Notes: generated from the letters alone by a model not told the origin. Numbered from the stretch's first letter, positions 49,064 through 59,717 are shown. The stretch is 64,000 nt of DNA from Candidatus Heimdallarchaeum aukensis (GCA_021513695.1 CP084166.1:1760001-1824000); one strand, 5' to 3'. Numbers and translations are program-made.

Positions 49064-49253
49064 CGTCCGAATTTTTCTTATTCTTAAAATCTTAAAAATT
49101 ATCTACTTAAAATATTTTGTTGTAGCTAACAGACAATAAATTGTCGACAACTACTACTCAAAAAGAAGACTTAAAAATCACTGAAAGAAAACAATTCGTC
49201 AAGAAAAATGGAAGAAATTCTTTAGACGATGATAGTAAGTAGAAGGTGAAAGT

Positions 49254-49559
49254 ATGCGTAAATCACACGGATATAGGCATGGGACACGAAAATTATTTAG
49301 TAAAAAAACAAGAGATAAAGGGATTCGACCTCCAGATTACATATTAACTCCCTATGAGGAAGGAGATATAGTAGATATTATTATTGATCCAAGTTCTCAT
49401 AAAGGAATGCCTCATAGGAGATATCATGGAAAAACAGGAGTTATAAAAAAGAAACAAGGCGAATCTTTTATTGTAGAAATAAAACAAGGGAAAGCTATAA
49501 AAAACATAATAGCAAGAAGAGAACATATTCGAAAGTCACGCTCTCAGATTAAAGTATAA
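49254..49559 (+). CDS. rpl21e: 50S ribosomal protein L21e
   Basis: SHGYRHGTRKLFSKK...GDIVDIIIDPSSHKGMPHRRYHGKTGVI. Confidence 0.85.
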   Translation: MRKSHGYRHGTRKLFSKKTRDKGIRPPDYILTPYEEGDIVDIIIDPSSHKGMPHRRYHGKTGVIKKKQGESFIVEIKQGKAIKNIIARREHIRKSRSQIKV

Positions 49560-49570
49560 AAGGGATTAGA

Positions 49571-49921
49571 ATGCCAAAGAATGTTTTAAGTAAAAGGCCG
49601 TTAACTATCACTGAAGCAATGGAGATACTTCAAAAAAGAAGCGAAGAAGACGAACTGTCTTACTGGCAACGGGTAGCTTACGAACATGCAATGCAGCATG
49701 CAAGAGTAGATTCTGGAGATTCACGTAAAATCGTTGAAACCCTCATGAATGAATTTGAAATTACAGAATTATCGGCTTTTTCTATAGCAAATGTACTCCC
49801 AACAAGACCTGAAGAATTAAAAGATTTGTTACAAAAAGAACCTAAAATTTTAACTGATTCAGAAATAAAAGCTATCTTTGATTTTCTTCGACCTTTTGTT
49901 CAAAAATACCTTGGAGAATAG
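49571..49921 (+). CDS. rpoF: RNA polymerase subunit Rpo4/F (Rpb4 homolog)
   Basis: It sits in the conserved rpl21e-rpoF-DUF655-ksgA position. It has a helical HRDC-like pattern. Confidence 0.55.
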   Translation: MPKNVLSKRPLTITEAMEILQKRSEEDELSYWQRVAYEHAMQHARVDSGDSRKIVETLMNEFEITELSAFSIANVLPTRPEELKDLLQKEPKILTDSEIKAIFDFLRPFVQKYLGE

Positions 49922-50003
49922 ATACAAGAATCGGAATTTAAATCTAAATTTAAAAGCCTTTTTTTAATAATATATGCAAAACTTTTTTTTATAGTATTAC
50001 TTA

Positions 50004-50726
50004 TTGAAGGTGAGACATATGCAATATAATCCAGAACCAAATAAAGAAAAAAGTCAAAACCAAAAAGATAACCCTTTAGATTTTGAATTCGGAAAAATAA
50101 AACATGTTCGTCCACCAAAAAAATCTGAAAGTAAGATATTAGTATTGGATTATCTACCAGAAGGAAAAGGTTTTAGTCAAGCTCCAAGAAAAGAACCAAT
50201 TATTCTTGGCATTGGAACAAAGTGGTTCTCTTTGCTTGAAGTCTCACTTCGTAAGAGAGGAAACTATGCAAAATTCACAGAATTAAAATTGCCTAGACCA
50301 GATGAGGAGAACGGAGATACTCCAATAAAACGAATTTTAAGACAAATATCGATAGATGAACTAACCAATACTGCTTATGAAGCTCTAGATGAAGCTATTT
50401 GTCTAATAATCGGAAAAAATGAAAAAAGGTTTGTTACCTTTTTTAACAAAGCTCAACCCATTACTAATAAATTACATGCTTTAAAATTGATACCAGGTAT
50501 TGGAAAGCAGCTTATGTGGGAAATATTGGAGGAAAGAAAAAAACTCCCATTTGTTTCGTTTAAAGACATTGAAGATAGAGTAAAAGTAACAGATATTTCA
50601 AAAATGATACAAAAAAGGATAAGACAAGAATTAGAAGGAGACGAAAAGCATCTACTTTTTACAGCAAAACTAGAACTTGACAAAAAAAGTGACTATAGGA
50701 AGAGATTTCGAGGACAAAAATATTAA
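50004..50726 (+). CDS. DUF655-family protein (OB fold + HhH; RNA-binding candidate)
   Basis: LVLDYLPEGKG...LKLIPGIGKQLMWEILEERK carries the HhH motif. It sits in the conserved neighbourhood upstream of ksgA. Confidence 0.55.
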   Translation: MKVRHMQYNPEPNKEKSQNQKDNPLDFEFGKIKHVRPPKKSESKILVLDYLPEGKGFSQAPRKEPIILGIGTKWFSLLEVSLRKRGNYAKFTELKLPRPDEENGDTPIKRILRQISIDELTNTAYEALDEAICLIIGKNEKRFVTFFNKAQPITNKLHALKLIPGIGKQLMWEILEERKKLPFVSFKDIEDRVKVTDISKMIQKRIRQELEGDEKHLLFTAKLELDKKSDYRKRFRGQKY

Positions 50727-50782
50727 GATTTTTTTAATTCTCCTTACAAAACTTTTATTTTATAAAAATTTAAGAAATTATT

Positions 50783-51661
50783 ATGACCGTTTCTCAATCT
50801 TGGTGTTGGAGATCATCAAAAGAATTACGACATCATGTGTTTAACAGTTTAAAATATTTAGGTGTTAGCCCAACCAAACTACGTAGCCAAAATTTCTTGA
50901 TTGACTCAAGCGTTATCAAATATCAAATTGAGAAGGCAGAAATTAACAAAGAAGATATTGTATTAGAGATAGGTGGAGGATTAGCTTCTTTAACTAAGTG
51001 TTTAGCAGAGAAAGCTAAAAAAGTTTATTGTATTGAGTTAGATAGAGTTTTTTCCAAATTTCTTCAAGATTTTTTTTCTACATACAACAATGTTGAGATT
51101 ATTAGTGGAGACGCACTAAAAATTGAGTGGCCTTCTTTTTCTAAAAGTGTTTCAAATCTTCCATACCAAATATCGTCCCCTATAACTTTCAAGCTTTTAG
51201 AGCATTCTTTTCAAGTTGCAGTTTTAATGTATCAAAAAGAATTTGCTGACAGATTATTTGCTGAACCAGGAAGTAAAAATTATTCTCGGCTTTCAGTAAT
51301 GATTAAACTAAAAGGAAAAGTAAATTATTTGAAAACAATAAATGAACACTCATTTTATCCCCAACCAAAAGTGAAAAGTGCTTTAGTTGCGATTAAACCA
51401 ATAAATACAGAACTCAATCTAGACATCATTAAATTTGGAGAGTTTATCACTAGTTTATTCACTATGAAAGGAAAAACTGTGAGAAGTGCCCTCAAAATTA
51501 GTTTCAAAAACATTTTATCTAATTTATCAGACAAAGAAAAGGAAAAATTAGAAAAGTTACCATTTATACATAGAAGGATATTTACCCTCACCCAAAATGA
51601 GTTGATTGAACTATACAATGAGATTCTTGAAGCAGGATGGTATTCAAGTGAAAGACATTAA
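50783..51661 (+). CDS. ksgA: 16S rRNA (adenine1518/1519-N6)-dimethyltransferase KsgA/Dim1
   Basis: QNFLIDSSVI, the SAM motif VLEIGGGLASLT and the NLPYQISS motif. Confidence 0.85.
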   Translation: MTVSQSWCWRSSKELRHHVFNSLKYLGVSPTKLRSQNFLIDSSVIKYQIEKAEINKEDIVLEIGGGLASLTKCLAEKAKKVYCIELDRVFSKFLQDFFSTYNNVEIISGDALKIEWPSFSKSVSNLPYQISSPITFKLLEHSFQVAVLMYQKEFADRLFAEPGSKNYSRLSVMIKLKGKVNYLKTINEHSFYPQPKVKSALVAIKPINTELNLDIIKFGEFITSLFTMKGKTVRSALKISFKNILSNLSDKEKEKLEKLPFIHRRIFTLTQNELIELYNEILEAGWYSSERH

Positions 51662-52274
51662 TCAATATTATCTAGATAAGTATAACATTTCTTTAAGAAT
51701 AAATAATGACATTTACGAACCAGCTGAAGATACTTTTCTTATGATAGATAATGTTATCATTCCAAGGAATGTCAAAATAATACTAGAGATTGGGTGTGGA
51801 AGCGGAATAATTAGTCTTGCCCTAAGTAAAAAATTCCCAAATAAACGTTTTATTTTATCAGATATCTCATTTATATCAACACAATATACAAATTATAATA
51901 TAAAATTAAACAGACTACAAAGCAATATTGATGTAATATGCTCAGATTCAATTGATGCCCTGATTAATTTTTCTCCAGATTTAATTCTTTGGAATCCTCC
52001 TTATTTACCTGAAGAAGAACATTCTTTTTTTACGCAAACTGAAAAAATGATGCTTTTTGGTGGAAAAAAAGGATATGAAGCAGTTTATAAATTGATAAAT
52101 AAATTAAACAAAAGGAAGATGAATACTACATTTTACACGATTTTTTCATCATTGGCTTGGGATCCCGAAGAAGAAATAAGGAATGAAAATTTAAGTATTC
52201 AATTTGAAATTATTAAAGAACAAAAATTACCTTTTGAAAAATTGTATTTAGTTAAAATTCTTATCGGTGACTAG
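51606..52274 (+). CDS. HemK/Mtq2-type protein N5-glutamine methyltransferase
   Basis: YEPAEDTFLM, ILEIGCGSGIISL and NPPYLP are present. The 5' end overlaps ksgA by 56 nt, so the true start may be a downstream Met. Confidence 0.7.
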   Translation: MNYTMRFLKQDGIQVKDINQYYLDKYNISLRINNDIYEPAEDTFLMIDNVIIPRNVKIILEIGCGSGIISLALSKKFPNKRFILSDISFISTQYTNYNIKLNRLQSNIDVICSDSIDALINFSPDLILWNPPYLPEEEHSFFTQTEKMMLFGGKKGYEAVYKLINKLNKRKMNTTFYTIFSSLAWDPEEEIRNENLSIQFEIIKEQKLPFEKLYLVKILIGD

Positions 52275-53016
52275 TTTGACTGCATCAGAAAAAACACTAT
52301 TCGACTACTCTGTAATATTAGTACAACCAAAAATTGAAGGAAATATTGGTGCAATTGCTAGACTCTGTAACAACTATAATGCAAAGAACCTTATATTAAT
52401 TGATCCCCAAGTAGACCATCTCTCATCTGAATCAAGAGCAAGAGCTATGCATTCATCAAAATACTTGGAAAATGCTAAAATTTACTCTACTCTATCTGAT
52501 ATCAGAGAAAAATATACAACACTCATAGCAACAACTGCAAAAGCAGGCGAACAGTATAAAATTTCAAGACAACCGATACTACCATGGGATTTTGCAGAGC
52601 TAGAAATACCTCCAGACACAAAGGTTGGATTAGTTTTTGGTAGAGAAGATATTGGATTACTAAATGAAGAAATAGATATGTGTGATATTCTAGTCAATGT
52701 ACCTTTACCTGGAGAACATAAAGTACTAAATTTATCACATGCTGTAGCAATTTTGTTACACGAATTGTGGAAAGCATCAACAAATATTGAAAAAATAAAG
52801 AAGCAAGAACGAATGTCGTCATATAGTGAGAGGAAGGTCCTTTTTGATGAAATAGAAAAGATTTTAGCAAAGATAGAATATTTCGAACACAAAAAACCAA
52901 TAGTGTATAAATTAATTCAAAAGATAATTAATAGAAGCTTTCCAAATCATCAAGAAATTCATGGTCTAATAGGTTTTTTCAAGGCAATAAGAAGAAAATT
53001 AGAGAAAAAATGTTAG
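52267..53016 (+). CDS. SpoU/TrmJ-like SPOUT RNA 2'-O-methyltransferase
   Basis: VILVQPKIEGNIGAIARLC, with GLVFGREDIGL and NLSHAVAILLHE SPOUT motifs. Confidence 0.65.
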   Translation: MTSLTASEKTLFDYSVILVQPKIEGNIGAIARLCNNYNAKNLILIDPQVDHLSSESRARAMHSSKYLENAKIYSTLSDIREKYTTLIATTAKAGEQYKISRQPILPWDFAELEIPPDTKVGLVFGREDIGLLNEEIDMCDILVNVPLPGEHKVLNLSHAVAILLHELWKASTNIEKIKKQERMSSYSERKVLFDEIEKILAKIEYFEHKKPIVYKLIQKIINRSFPNHQEIHGLIGFFKAIRRKLEKKC

Positions 53017-53636
53017 TGAAAAGAATGAAACAAAAGGATTTAGAGATTTTTCTATCAAGGTTAAAAACATTTCAGGAGCCAAAAGTTTTCTTAGAACAAT
53101 ACCAAATTCCTCCGAGACTAGCTGCTATGATTGTTTATAGAGCATACTTATTAGGAGAAATTAAAGATAAAAGTGTTTTAGACCTTTGCTGTGGTACGGG
53201 TTCTTTTTCTATCGCTGCAAAATTACTTGGTGCGAGAGAAGTTTTTGGAGTGGACATAGACTGGTCTGCCTTAAAAATTGCTAAAGAAAATTCATTAAAA
53301 TTCAATATTAATGTTGAATGGATACTAGGTGATGTATTAAAAACAAATTTTAAGGTAGAAACGGTTTTTATGAATAGTCCCTTTGGCATCCAAGGTAAAG
53401 TAAGAGACAAATTCTTTCTTGAAACAGCACTAACAAACGCAGAAACTGTATATTCAATACACCTTTATAATGAAAAAAATATTGAATTTTTAAAAAAAGT
53501 AGTTGAAAAGCACAATAAAAAAGTATCAGAGGTATTCAAAGCAGAATTTGAGATACCTAAAATGTTTAGGTTTCATAAAAAAAGATATCATATCATCAAT
53601 GTAGCAATTATAAAAGCAGAAAGCGATAAAAATTAA
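53010..53636 (+). CDS. METTL5-like N6-adenine RNA methyltransferase (archaeal putative methylase)
   Basis: SAM motif LDLCCGTGSFSI and catalytic NSPFG, an NPPF variant. Confidence 0.6.
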   Translation: MLVKRMKQKDLEIFLSRLKTFQEPKVFLEQYQIPPRLAAMIVYRAYLLGEIKDKSVLDLCCGTGSFSIAAKLLGAREVFGVDIDWSALKIAKENSLKFNINVEWILGDVLKTNFKVETVFMNSPFGIQGKVRDKFFLETALTNAETVYSIHLYNEKNIEFLKKVVEKHNKKVSEVFKAEFEIPKMFRFHKKRYHIINVAIIKAESDKN

Positions 53637-53637
53637 G

Positions 53638-53817
53638 TTAACTTGAATCGACTAACTGTTTTTTTATTAATTCTCTACGATATTTACTATATTTTTGCTC
53701 TTTTTCGATAGAAAATCGAGCTGGATGAGGGGTGTAAGTTTTCCCCCCACAATAGGGACATACATCATGCTTAAGGGTATATTCACCACAATTTGTGCAT
53801 TTATAAAGAGTTTTCAT
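53638..53817 (-). CDS. nop10: H/ACA RNP protein Nop10
   Basis: [36 protein letters not shown]. The start is placed at the internal Met of the track ORF. Confidence 0.75.
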   Translation of the reverse strand: MKTLYKCTNCGEYTLKHDVCPYCGGKTYTPHPARFSIEKEQKYSKYRRELIKKQLVDSS

Positions 53818-53818
53818 T

Positions 53819-54625
53819 TTAATCACTAGAAACATCGGAGATAGTAAAACTAGCTTCATGACCCTCTAAAAACTGTTCAATTCGTTCAACCACCCTAGTT
53901 AATAACTCTTCACCAACTTTAACATCTCTAGCTTTTATTACAAGGCGATAATGAGGAGCTCCAACAGTAAAAATGTCTAAACTTAATTCAGATTTTTCTA
54001 CATCTTTAAAATCTTCTCTGGCTTTTAATGCACTAAGTAAAGCACCCTTTATAACTTCAATACCATTACTTTCCCAACATAAAAGTTCAATATCCTTTTG
54101 AATTGTTTTAATTGGAATTATTAGGTTTTTGTGAGCTATTTCTGTTAATATCTTTGCCCAATCCTCTGATACACCAGCATCAGTAAAAGCTTGCTCATTT
54201 TTGAAGAGTGCTTCTTCAAAAGCTTGGTAAAAAGTTTCATAGTAATCAGAGCAGGGATCTTCAACTTCATTTCTTGCAGTTTCAAAATCTACCTTTTTCT
54301 TCTTGGAGGCAATTTCTAGAAAAGCGAGAGCGGTCTTATAATGTTTCCAGTCTTCAATTTTAGAGCGACGAAGGCTGTCAGAAACACGTTTTAAACTAAC
54401 GTCAATTTGTGTTCCAGTTACACGTTGAACACGACCTACAACCTTTTTTCCTTCCCTAACCACATTACGAATATTTCTAACCCAGGTTGAAGACAATTCA
54501 CTTATATGACAATAAGCAATAAGATCTTCATATTCATCAAGTTTTATATAACAACCGTGACTCTCAATTTTTGTTATTGTACCTAAGACTAGATCTCCGG
54601 GTTCAGGTAAATTTCTTCTACTCAT
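53819..54625 (-). CDS. eif2a: translation initiation factor 2 alpha subunit (aIF2-alpha)
   Basis: S1 domain [26 protein letters not shown], followed by helical and C-terminal domains. The start is trimmed to [11 protein letters not shown]. The track ORF extends to 54685. Confidence 0.8.
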   Translation of the reverse strand: MSRRNLPEPGDLVLGTITKIESHGCYIKLDEYEDLIAYCHISELSSTWVRNIRNVVREGKKVVGRVQRVTGTQIDVSLKRVSDSLRRSKIEDWKHYKTALAFLEIASKKKKVDFETARNEVEDPCSDYYETFYQAFEEALFKNEQAFTDAGVSEDWAKILTEIAHKNLIIPIKTIQKDIELLCWESNGIEVIKGALLSALKAREDFKDVEKSELSLDIFTVGAPHYRLVIKARDVKVGEELLTRVVERIEQFLEGHEASFTISDVSSD

Positions 54626-54927
54626 TATAAACCAATGTGAATTCAAATTAGGCATATAAAAACTTAAGGTTTGGATTCCTATCAACTTGATTTTTTTACA
54701 AATTTTTGTACGCCAATCTTGTTCTTGGAAAAGTTAAAGAAGAAGTACTAACCACTCACAGAGCCAGAAGAGATGGTTGAGCTCTCATTGGCCACAGAAA
54801 TTAAAAAAAGGTTTTTTTCCAAAAGCAATATTAGCAAGGTTATTTTTCCAAAAATTTACAAAATATAGTAATAATATCCTTCTATAAAAAAGGGAAAAAA
54901 AACCACTGTAAATAAAATAGAACGAGA

Positions 54928-56331
54928 ATGAAAGAATTAGGGTTCAACCATTCATTTCTGGAAAATATTAATAAAGGCGTGAAAATTTCGGAGAATATGA
55001 AACAAAAATATAATATATTAATTTTAGTAATCATTTTTTTCTCTTGTTTCACCGTGAAGAACGTTTATTCTTCATCTAACCCTAGTGATCATACTGGGGA
55101 CACTATCTGGAAAATTGAAGTTGGTACTCAAGCACCAGATTTTTCTATTACAGATGTAGATTCTAAAATCACCTACAAATTAAGTGATTTCACTGGAAAG
55201 CCAGTTATGTTGGACTTTTTCGCAACGTGGTGTACTTATTGTGTTCAAGCACTTCCACACTTAGTTGATATTTATGAAATTTTTGGCGACGATATTCAGA
55301 TAATTTCTATAGACGTTGACGAAGACGAAACCGATTCACAAATTTCTTCTTTCCGCAAAGCCCACGATATGGACTGGATTGTTGGTTCTGACAAAGAGAA
55401 CATTGGTGACGCTTACGGAGTGAGTGGTATTCCCCATTTTGTCATTATTGATCAAGATCAAATTGTTTCCTATCAACTAATTGGTTTTGCAGAAGAATAT
55501 GGACCCATCATCAAAGATGAGATTTACAAGTTGCTTCCAGACACTGTTGCGCCTACAATTACTGATTTTCAATACACTATAGTTGGAGATAATTTATCTA
55601 TTTACTCTCCAGAAGTACGCGTTTTTGCCAACATTACTGAAGATCGAGAGGTCTATAGCACTAAACTGATTTTGTCTGGTGATTCTGATACTGAAGTTTC
55701 TTATTCGCTTAATCCTAAACGCGATGGTGATTTCTTTATTATTAACGAAACTGTTTCTGTTGATGTTGCCTTTTTATATCCACAAGACGAAATTGGTGCA
55801 AAGTTGATCGTAAGTGATTTTAAAGGAAATGAGGATATCAGTAGTGTTCTCACTATTCCTATCACTCATTATGACGATACAAGCATTCCTGAAATAGTCA
55901 AAATAGATGTCGAAGTTTCAGAAGTTTCAGACAAATTCCAAATTGATGTAGGTGTAGTTATTCAAGAAGATCTATTCCTCGTTTCAGCTAATGCTACTTT
56001 ACTTAAAAACTATGAACGTTGGTATCCTAAACCCTTAATGCAAGTTAATTCGACTTCCTGGAAAACCTCATTTACTTTATCAAAAACTATGGCCCACCTA
56101 TGCGAGCTTAATCTGACAATCGAATTGATGGATGTTGCTAGTAACATTGTACATGAGACATTACCAGTTCCTACTGATTTAGACCCATCTGGTTGTGAAG
56201 TCGATGAACCAACAGAGCCAACAGAGGGAACAGATACGACAGAACCAACAAAAACACCTATTTCTATGTTTATAGTTTTTATTACTCTCTTCTCCTTAGC
56301 TTCAATATATTATATCTTCAATAAGAAGTAA
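54928..56331 (+). CDS. secreted TlpA-like thioredoxin-fold protein with C-terminal KTPI-TM-KK anchor
   Basis: N-terminal signal anchor and a redoxin domain (KPVMLDFFATWCTYCVQALP). It ends in a TEPTEGTDTTEPTKTP linker plus ISMFIVFITLFSLASIYYIFNKK. Confidence 0.55.
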   Translation: MKELGFNHSFLENINKGVKISENMKQKYNILILVIIFFSCFTVKNVYSSSNPSDHTGDTIWKIEVGTQAPDFSITDVDSKITYKLSDFTGKPVMLDFFATWCTYCVQALPHLVDIYEIFGDDIQIISIDVDEDETDSQISSFRKAHDMDWIVGSDKENIGDAYGVSGIPHFVIIDQDQIVSYQLIGFAEEYGPIIKDEIYKLLPDTVAPTITDFQYTIVGDNLSIYSPEVRVFANITEDREVYSTKLILSGDSDTEVSYSLNPKRDGDFFIINETVSVDVAFLYPQDEIGAKLIVSDFKGNEDISSVLTIPITHYDDTSIPEIVKIDVEVSEVSDKFQIDVGVVIQEDLFLVSANATLLKNYERWYPKPLMQVNSTSWKTSFTLSKTMAHLCELNLTIELMDVASNIVHETLPVPTDLDPSGCEVDEPTEPTEGTDTTEPTKTPISMFIVFITLFSLASIYYIFNKK

Positions 56332-56456
56332 TTTTTTCTTTCTTTTTTCTCCATATATCTTTTTAGTCTTTTTTATTGTTCTCTCTCATTTATTCCATAA
56401 AAATTATCGAAAATGAAAACATTCTTTAGTTCATACATTTTGATTATCATGATTAA

Positions 56457-57798
56457 AATGCTTGGCACTTTAGGCAGTAAGCTTCACAAAGCTATTTCTA
56501 ATTTCATTAGCGGAGGAGTTGCAGACAAAGAAGCGATAAAACAGTTAAAAAATGAAATGTTACGTGCTTTACTCGAAAGTGATGTTGATTTTGAAATAGC
56601 TAATAAAGTAGTCAGTGAAGTTGAAAAAAAATCTTTAGAAAAAGAGCTTCCAGATGGTTTATCTAGAAAAAAAAGTGTTATTAGTATTATTCATGACGAG
56701 CTAGTAGCTATTCTGGGGAAAAAACATTACCCCATCACAATAAACCATGATAAACCAACCATTATTATGTTAATAGGTATTCAAGGTAGTGGAAAAACTA
56801 CTACTACAGCTAAGATTGCAAAGTATATTAAGAAACGAGGAAAAAAGGTTGCCGTAGTAACTGCAGACAACTGGAGACCTGGAGCATATGAACAACTTCA
56901 ACAACTTTGTTCTCAGATTGATGTTCCTGTATATGGTGATCCTGAAAATAAGCGTACTGTAAAAATTGCTCAAACAGGTATCAAGAAGTTTTTAAATGAG
57001 AAATATAATTATATTATTCTAGATACAGCAGGGCGACATAAAGAGGAGAAAGACTTACTAAATGAGATGAACGATCTCTACTCAAAGATCAAACCAGATG
57101 AAGTCATCTTAGTAATTGATGGTAATTTAGGCCAAACTGCTTACAAACAAGCAAAAGCTTTTGCTGAAAAAACTCCAGTTGGCTCTATAATAGTTACAAA
57201 ACTCGATGGAAGTGCAAAAGGAGGAGGAGCTCTTTCTGCTGCCGCAGCAGCTAAAGTCCCAATTAAATTCATCGGTAATGGCGAAACTATTGATGATCTC
57301 GAAGAATTTAACCCCACATCATTTGTCGGAAGATTATTGGGTCTTGGGGATATTGAAGGTCTTTTAAAAGAGGTAAAAGAATTAGAAGGTTTGCCTTCAA
57401 AAGAACAAGCTTTAGATATGTTAAGTGGAAAAATAACATTTCGTCAGATGATGGAATTGCTAGGACAATTTTCTAAGATGGGTTCAATGAAGAGGATGTT
57501 ATCAATGATACCTGGTTTAGGAATGACACTTACCGATGACATGCTTGATATTAGTAAGGAAAATATGAAAAAATTTGAAGTTATAATGAATTCAATGACT
57601 GACAAAGAGCTGGACAATAAGGTGAAACTTAACCAATCTAGAATCAATCGTATAGCAAGAGGAAGTGGAAGGTCTCATGCAGAAGTAAAAGAGTTAATCA
57701 ATCAACATAAAATGGTTTCACAGATGATGAAGAAAATGAAAAAGAGTAGAAGAGGAGGATTACAAATACCCGGTTTTCCTCCAGGAATGTTTGGTTAG
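56457..57798 (+). CDS. srp54: signal recognition particle protein SRP54
   Basis: N domain, G domain (GIQGSGKTTT, DTAGRH, TKLDG) and a Met-rich M domain. The start is set at MLGTLG. The track ORF begins at 56413. Confidence 0.9.
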
Positions 57799-57819
57799 AA
57801 TAACAACAGGGATTCTCAT

Positions 57820-58404
57820 ATGTCAAAAAACCATTTTGTAATTTTTGCTCCACCTACCCCTTTGTTCACAAAGAATGATATCTATATCCCCTTTTCCCGT
57901 CTTAGTTATATTCATGGAACATATATTAAAGCAATAGCAGATTGCTTTTTTCTATCGAATAAATTTCGATTTAACAATATTTTGCATTATTATACACTTT
58001 TTAAAAATAATACTTATCTTATCTCTTTTAATGGAAAGAAATTAAGATATTTAGGTCCAAGTTATTTTTCAGCTAGCAATCTACTTCTTCGAGCTTTAAC
58101 CCACATAGTTAATCCTCGTTCCAATAAGGGAAAATTAACTCCAGGACTAACAGTAGAAAAAATAGAAGAAGAAACATTAAACCATTTTCAAAAAAGATAC
58201 AAGGGCAAAGACATATTTCTCATTAGTAACAGAACACAAGCTCAAAAAAGTGACATAGACAACCAATTAACACATGAAGCAGTATTCTTATTTGGATATC
58301 AAAAAAAGGAGAAAAATTGGAAAGAAATTTTCTTAGGAAACATCGAAATTGATGAACAAATGATATTACTTAATTACTACCTCGATTTGTGTAAATTATG
58401 TTAG
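57820..58404 (+). CDS. hypothetical protein upstream of pus10; speculative TrmY-like SPOUT methyltransferase
   Basis: A 194-aa ORF whose stop overlaps the pus10 start. The assignment rests on neighbourhood only; the sequence match is weak. Confidence 0.35.
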   Translation: MSKNHFVIFAPPTPLFTKNDIYIPFSRLSYIHGTYIKAIADCFFLSNKFRFNNILHYYTLFKNNTYLISFNGKKLRYLGPSYFSASNLLLRALTHIVNPRSNKGKLTPGLTVEKIEEETLNHFQKRYKGKDIFLISNRTQAQKSDIDNQLTHEAVFLFGYQKKEKNWKEIFLGNIEIDEQMILLNYYLDLCKLC

Positions 58405-59717
58405 ACGTACTAGACAAATCAAAAAAGATACTGGAAGAATACGCACTATGTGATCGTTGTCTGGGTAGACAGTTTTCAAATTTAGCTACTGGAACAACTA
58501 ATAAAGAGCGTGGAGCATCTATAAAACTAGTTTTAGCAATGAATAGTACTCTCGAAAAAGAGCAAATAAATATAGAATTACTGCAAAATCTATCAAAAAC
58601 TGGAGCAATATTCGCAAAAAAGACACTAAAAAAAATAGGTTGCATCCCAAAAGAAACTCAAAAATGCTATTTGTGTGAAGGAAAACTAGATGAACTAGAA
58701 GATTTAGTACAGAAAATTGTTAAAGCAATCAACGAATATGAGTTTGAAAGTTTTCTAATTGGAAATGTTCTGGATAATAGTTTATACATTAAAGAAAATA
58801 AGATAAAAGACAAATTCGGTTTACATGGAACCGAATACTTAAAACAAGAATTTAATAGAGAGATAGGAAAAAAAATTAACGAAATTACGAAAAAGAAAAC
58901 AGATTTTAATACTCCAGAGATAATTATTGAATGTAATCCTTTTTCATCAAAGATCTTAGAAATAAAAATTCGTTCAGTTTACATTTACGGTAGATACAAT
59001 AAATACGTTCGAACTATTCCACAAACTCATTGGGATTGTAGAAATTGCAAGGGGAAAGGATGTGAGAAGTGTAATTTTACTGGAAAGAATTATGCAGAAT
59101 CAGTAGAGGAACTAATGGCAAAACCAGTTTTAGAACTTACAAAAGGAGAAAAGGCTGTATTACATGGCTCAGGAAGAGAGGATATAGATGTGAGAATGTT
59201 AGGTTCAGGAAGACCTTTTGTACTGGAAGTAAAAAAACCAAAAATAAGGAATATAGATCTAAAAAAATTAGAAGAACAAATAAACAAAGAAGCAAATAAT
59301 AAGATTAAAGTTAATAATCTGCGCATTTCCTCAAAAAAGGAAGTTATCAAACTTAAAACGAAGTCACAACAATCAACCAAGATATATAAAGCAATAGTAG
59401 AGTTCGAGAATCTAGTTTCAGATGAAACAATAAAAAAAATTGAAGAGAATTTAAAAGATAAAACCTTAAACCAAAAAACACCAACAAGAGTAAAACATAG
59501 AAGAGCAGATATAATAAGAAAGAAAAGGGTATATGAAGTAAGATGCAAAAGAATAGATGAAAAACATGTAGAAGCGATAATAACATGTGAGGGAGGAACA
59601 TATGTGAAGGAATTAATATCAGGAGATGAGGGAAGAACAGAACCTAGTTTTACAGAAATAGCAGAAAATAAAGCAGAATGCGTAGAACTAGATGTACTAG
59701 AAATAAAAGAACAATAA
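58398..59717 (+). CDS. pus10: tRNA pseudouridine(54/55) synthase Pus10
   Basis: N-terminal ALCDRCLGRQF is a zinc-binding THUMP-associated region. A second CRNCKGKGCEKCNFTG cluster is present. The size of 439 aa fits. Confidence 0.7.
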   Translation: MLDVLDKSKKILEEYALCDRCLGRQFSNLATGTTNKERGASIKLVLAMNSTLEKEQINIELLQNLSKTGAIFAKKTLKKIGCIPKETQKCYLCEGKLDELEDLVQKIVKAINEYEFESFLIGNVLDNSLYIKENKIKDKFGLHGTEYLKQEFNREIGKKINEITKKKTDFNTPEIIIECNPFSSKILEIKIRSVYIYGRYNKYVRTIPQTHWDCRNCKGKGCEKCNFTGKNYAESVEELMAKPVLELTKGEKAVLHGSGREDIDVRMLGSGRPFVLEVKKPKIRNIDLKKLEEQINKEANNKIKVNNLRISSKKEVIKLKTKSQQSTKIYKAIVEFENLVSDETIKKIEENLKDKTLNQKTPTRVKHRRADIIRKKRVYEVRCKRIDEKHVEAIITCEGGTYVKELISGDEGRTEPSFTEIAENKAECVELDVLEIKEQ

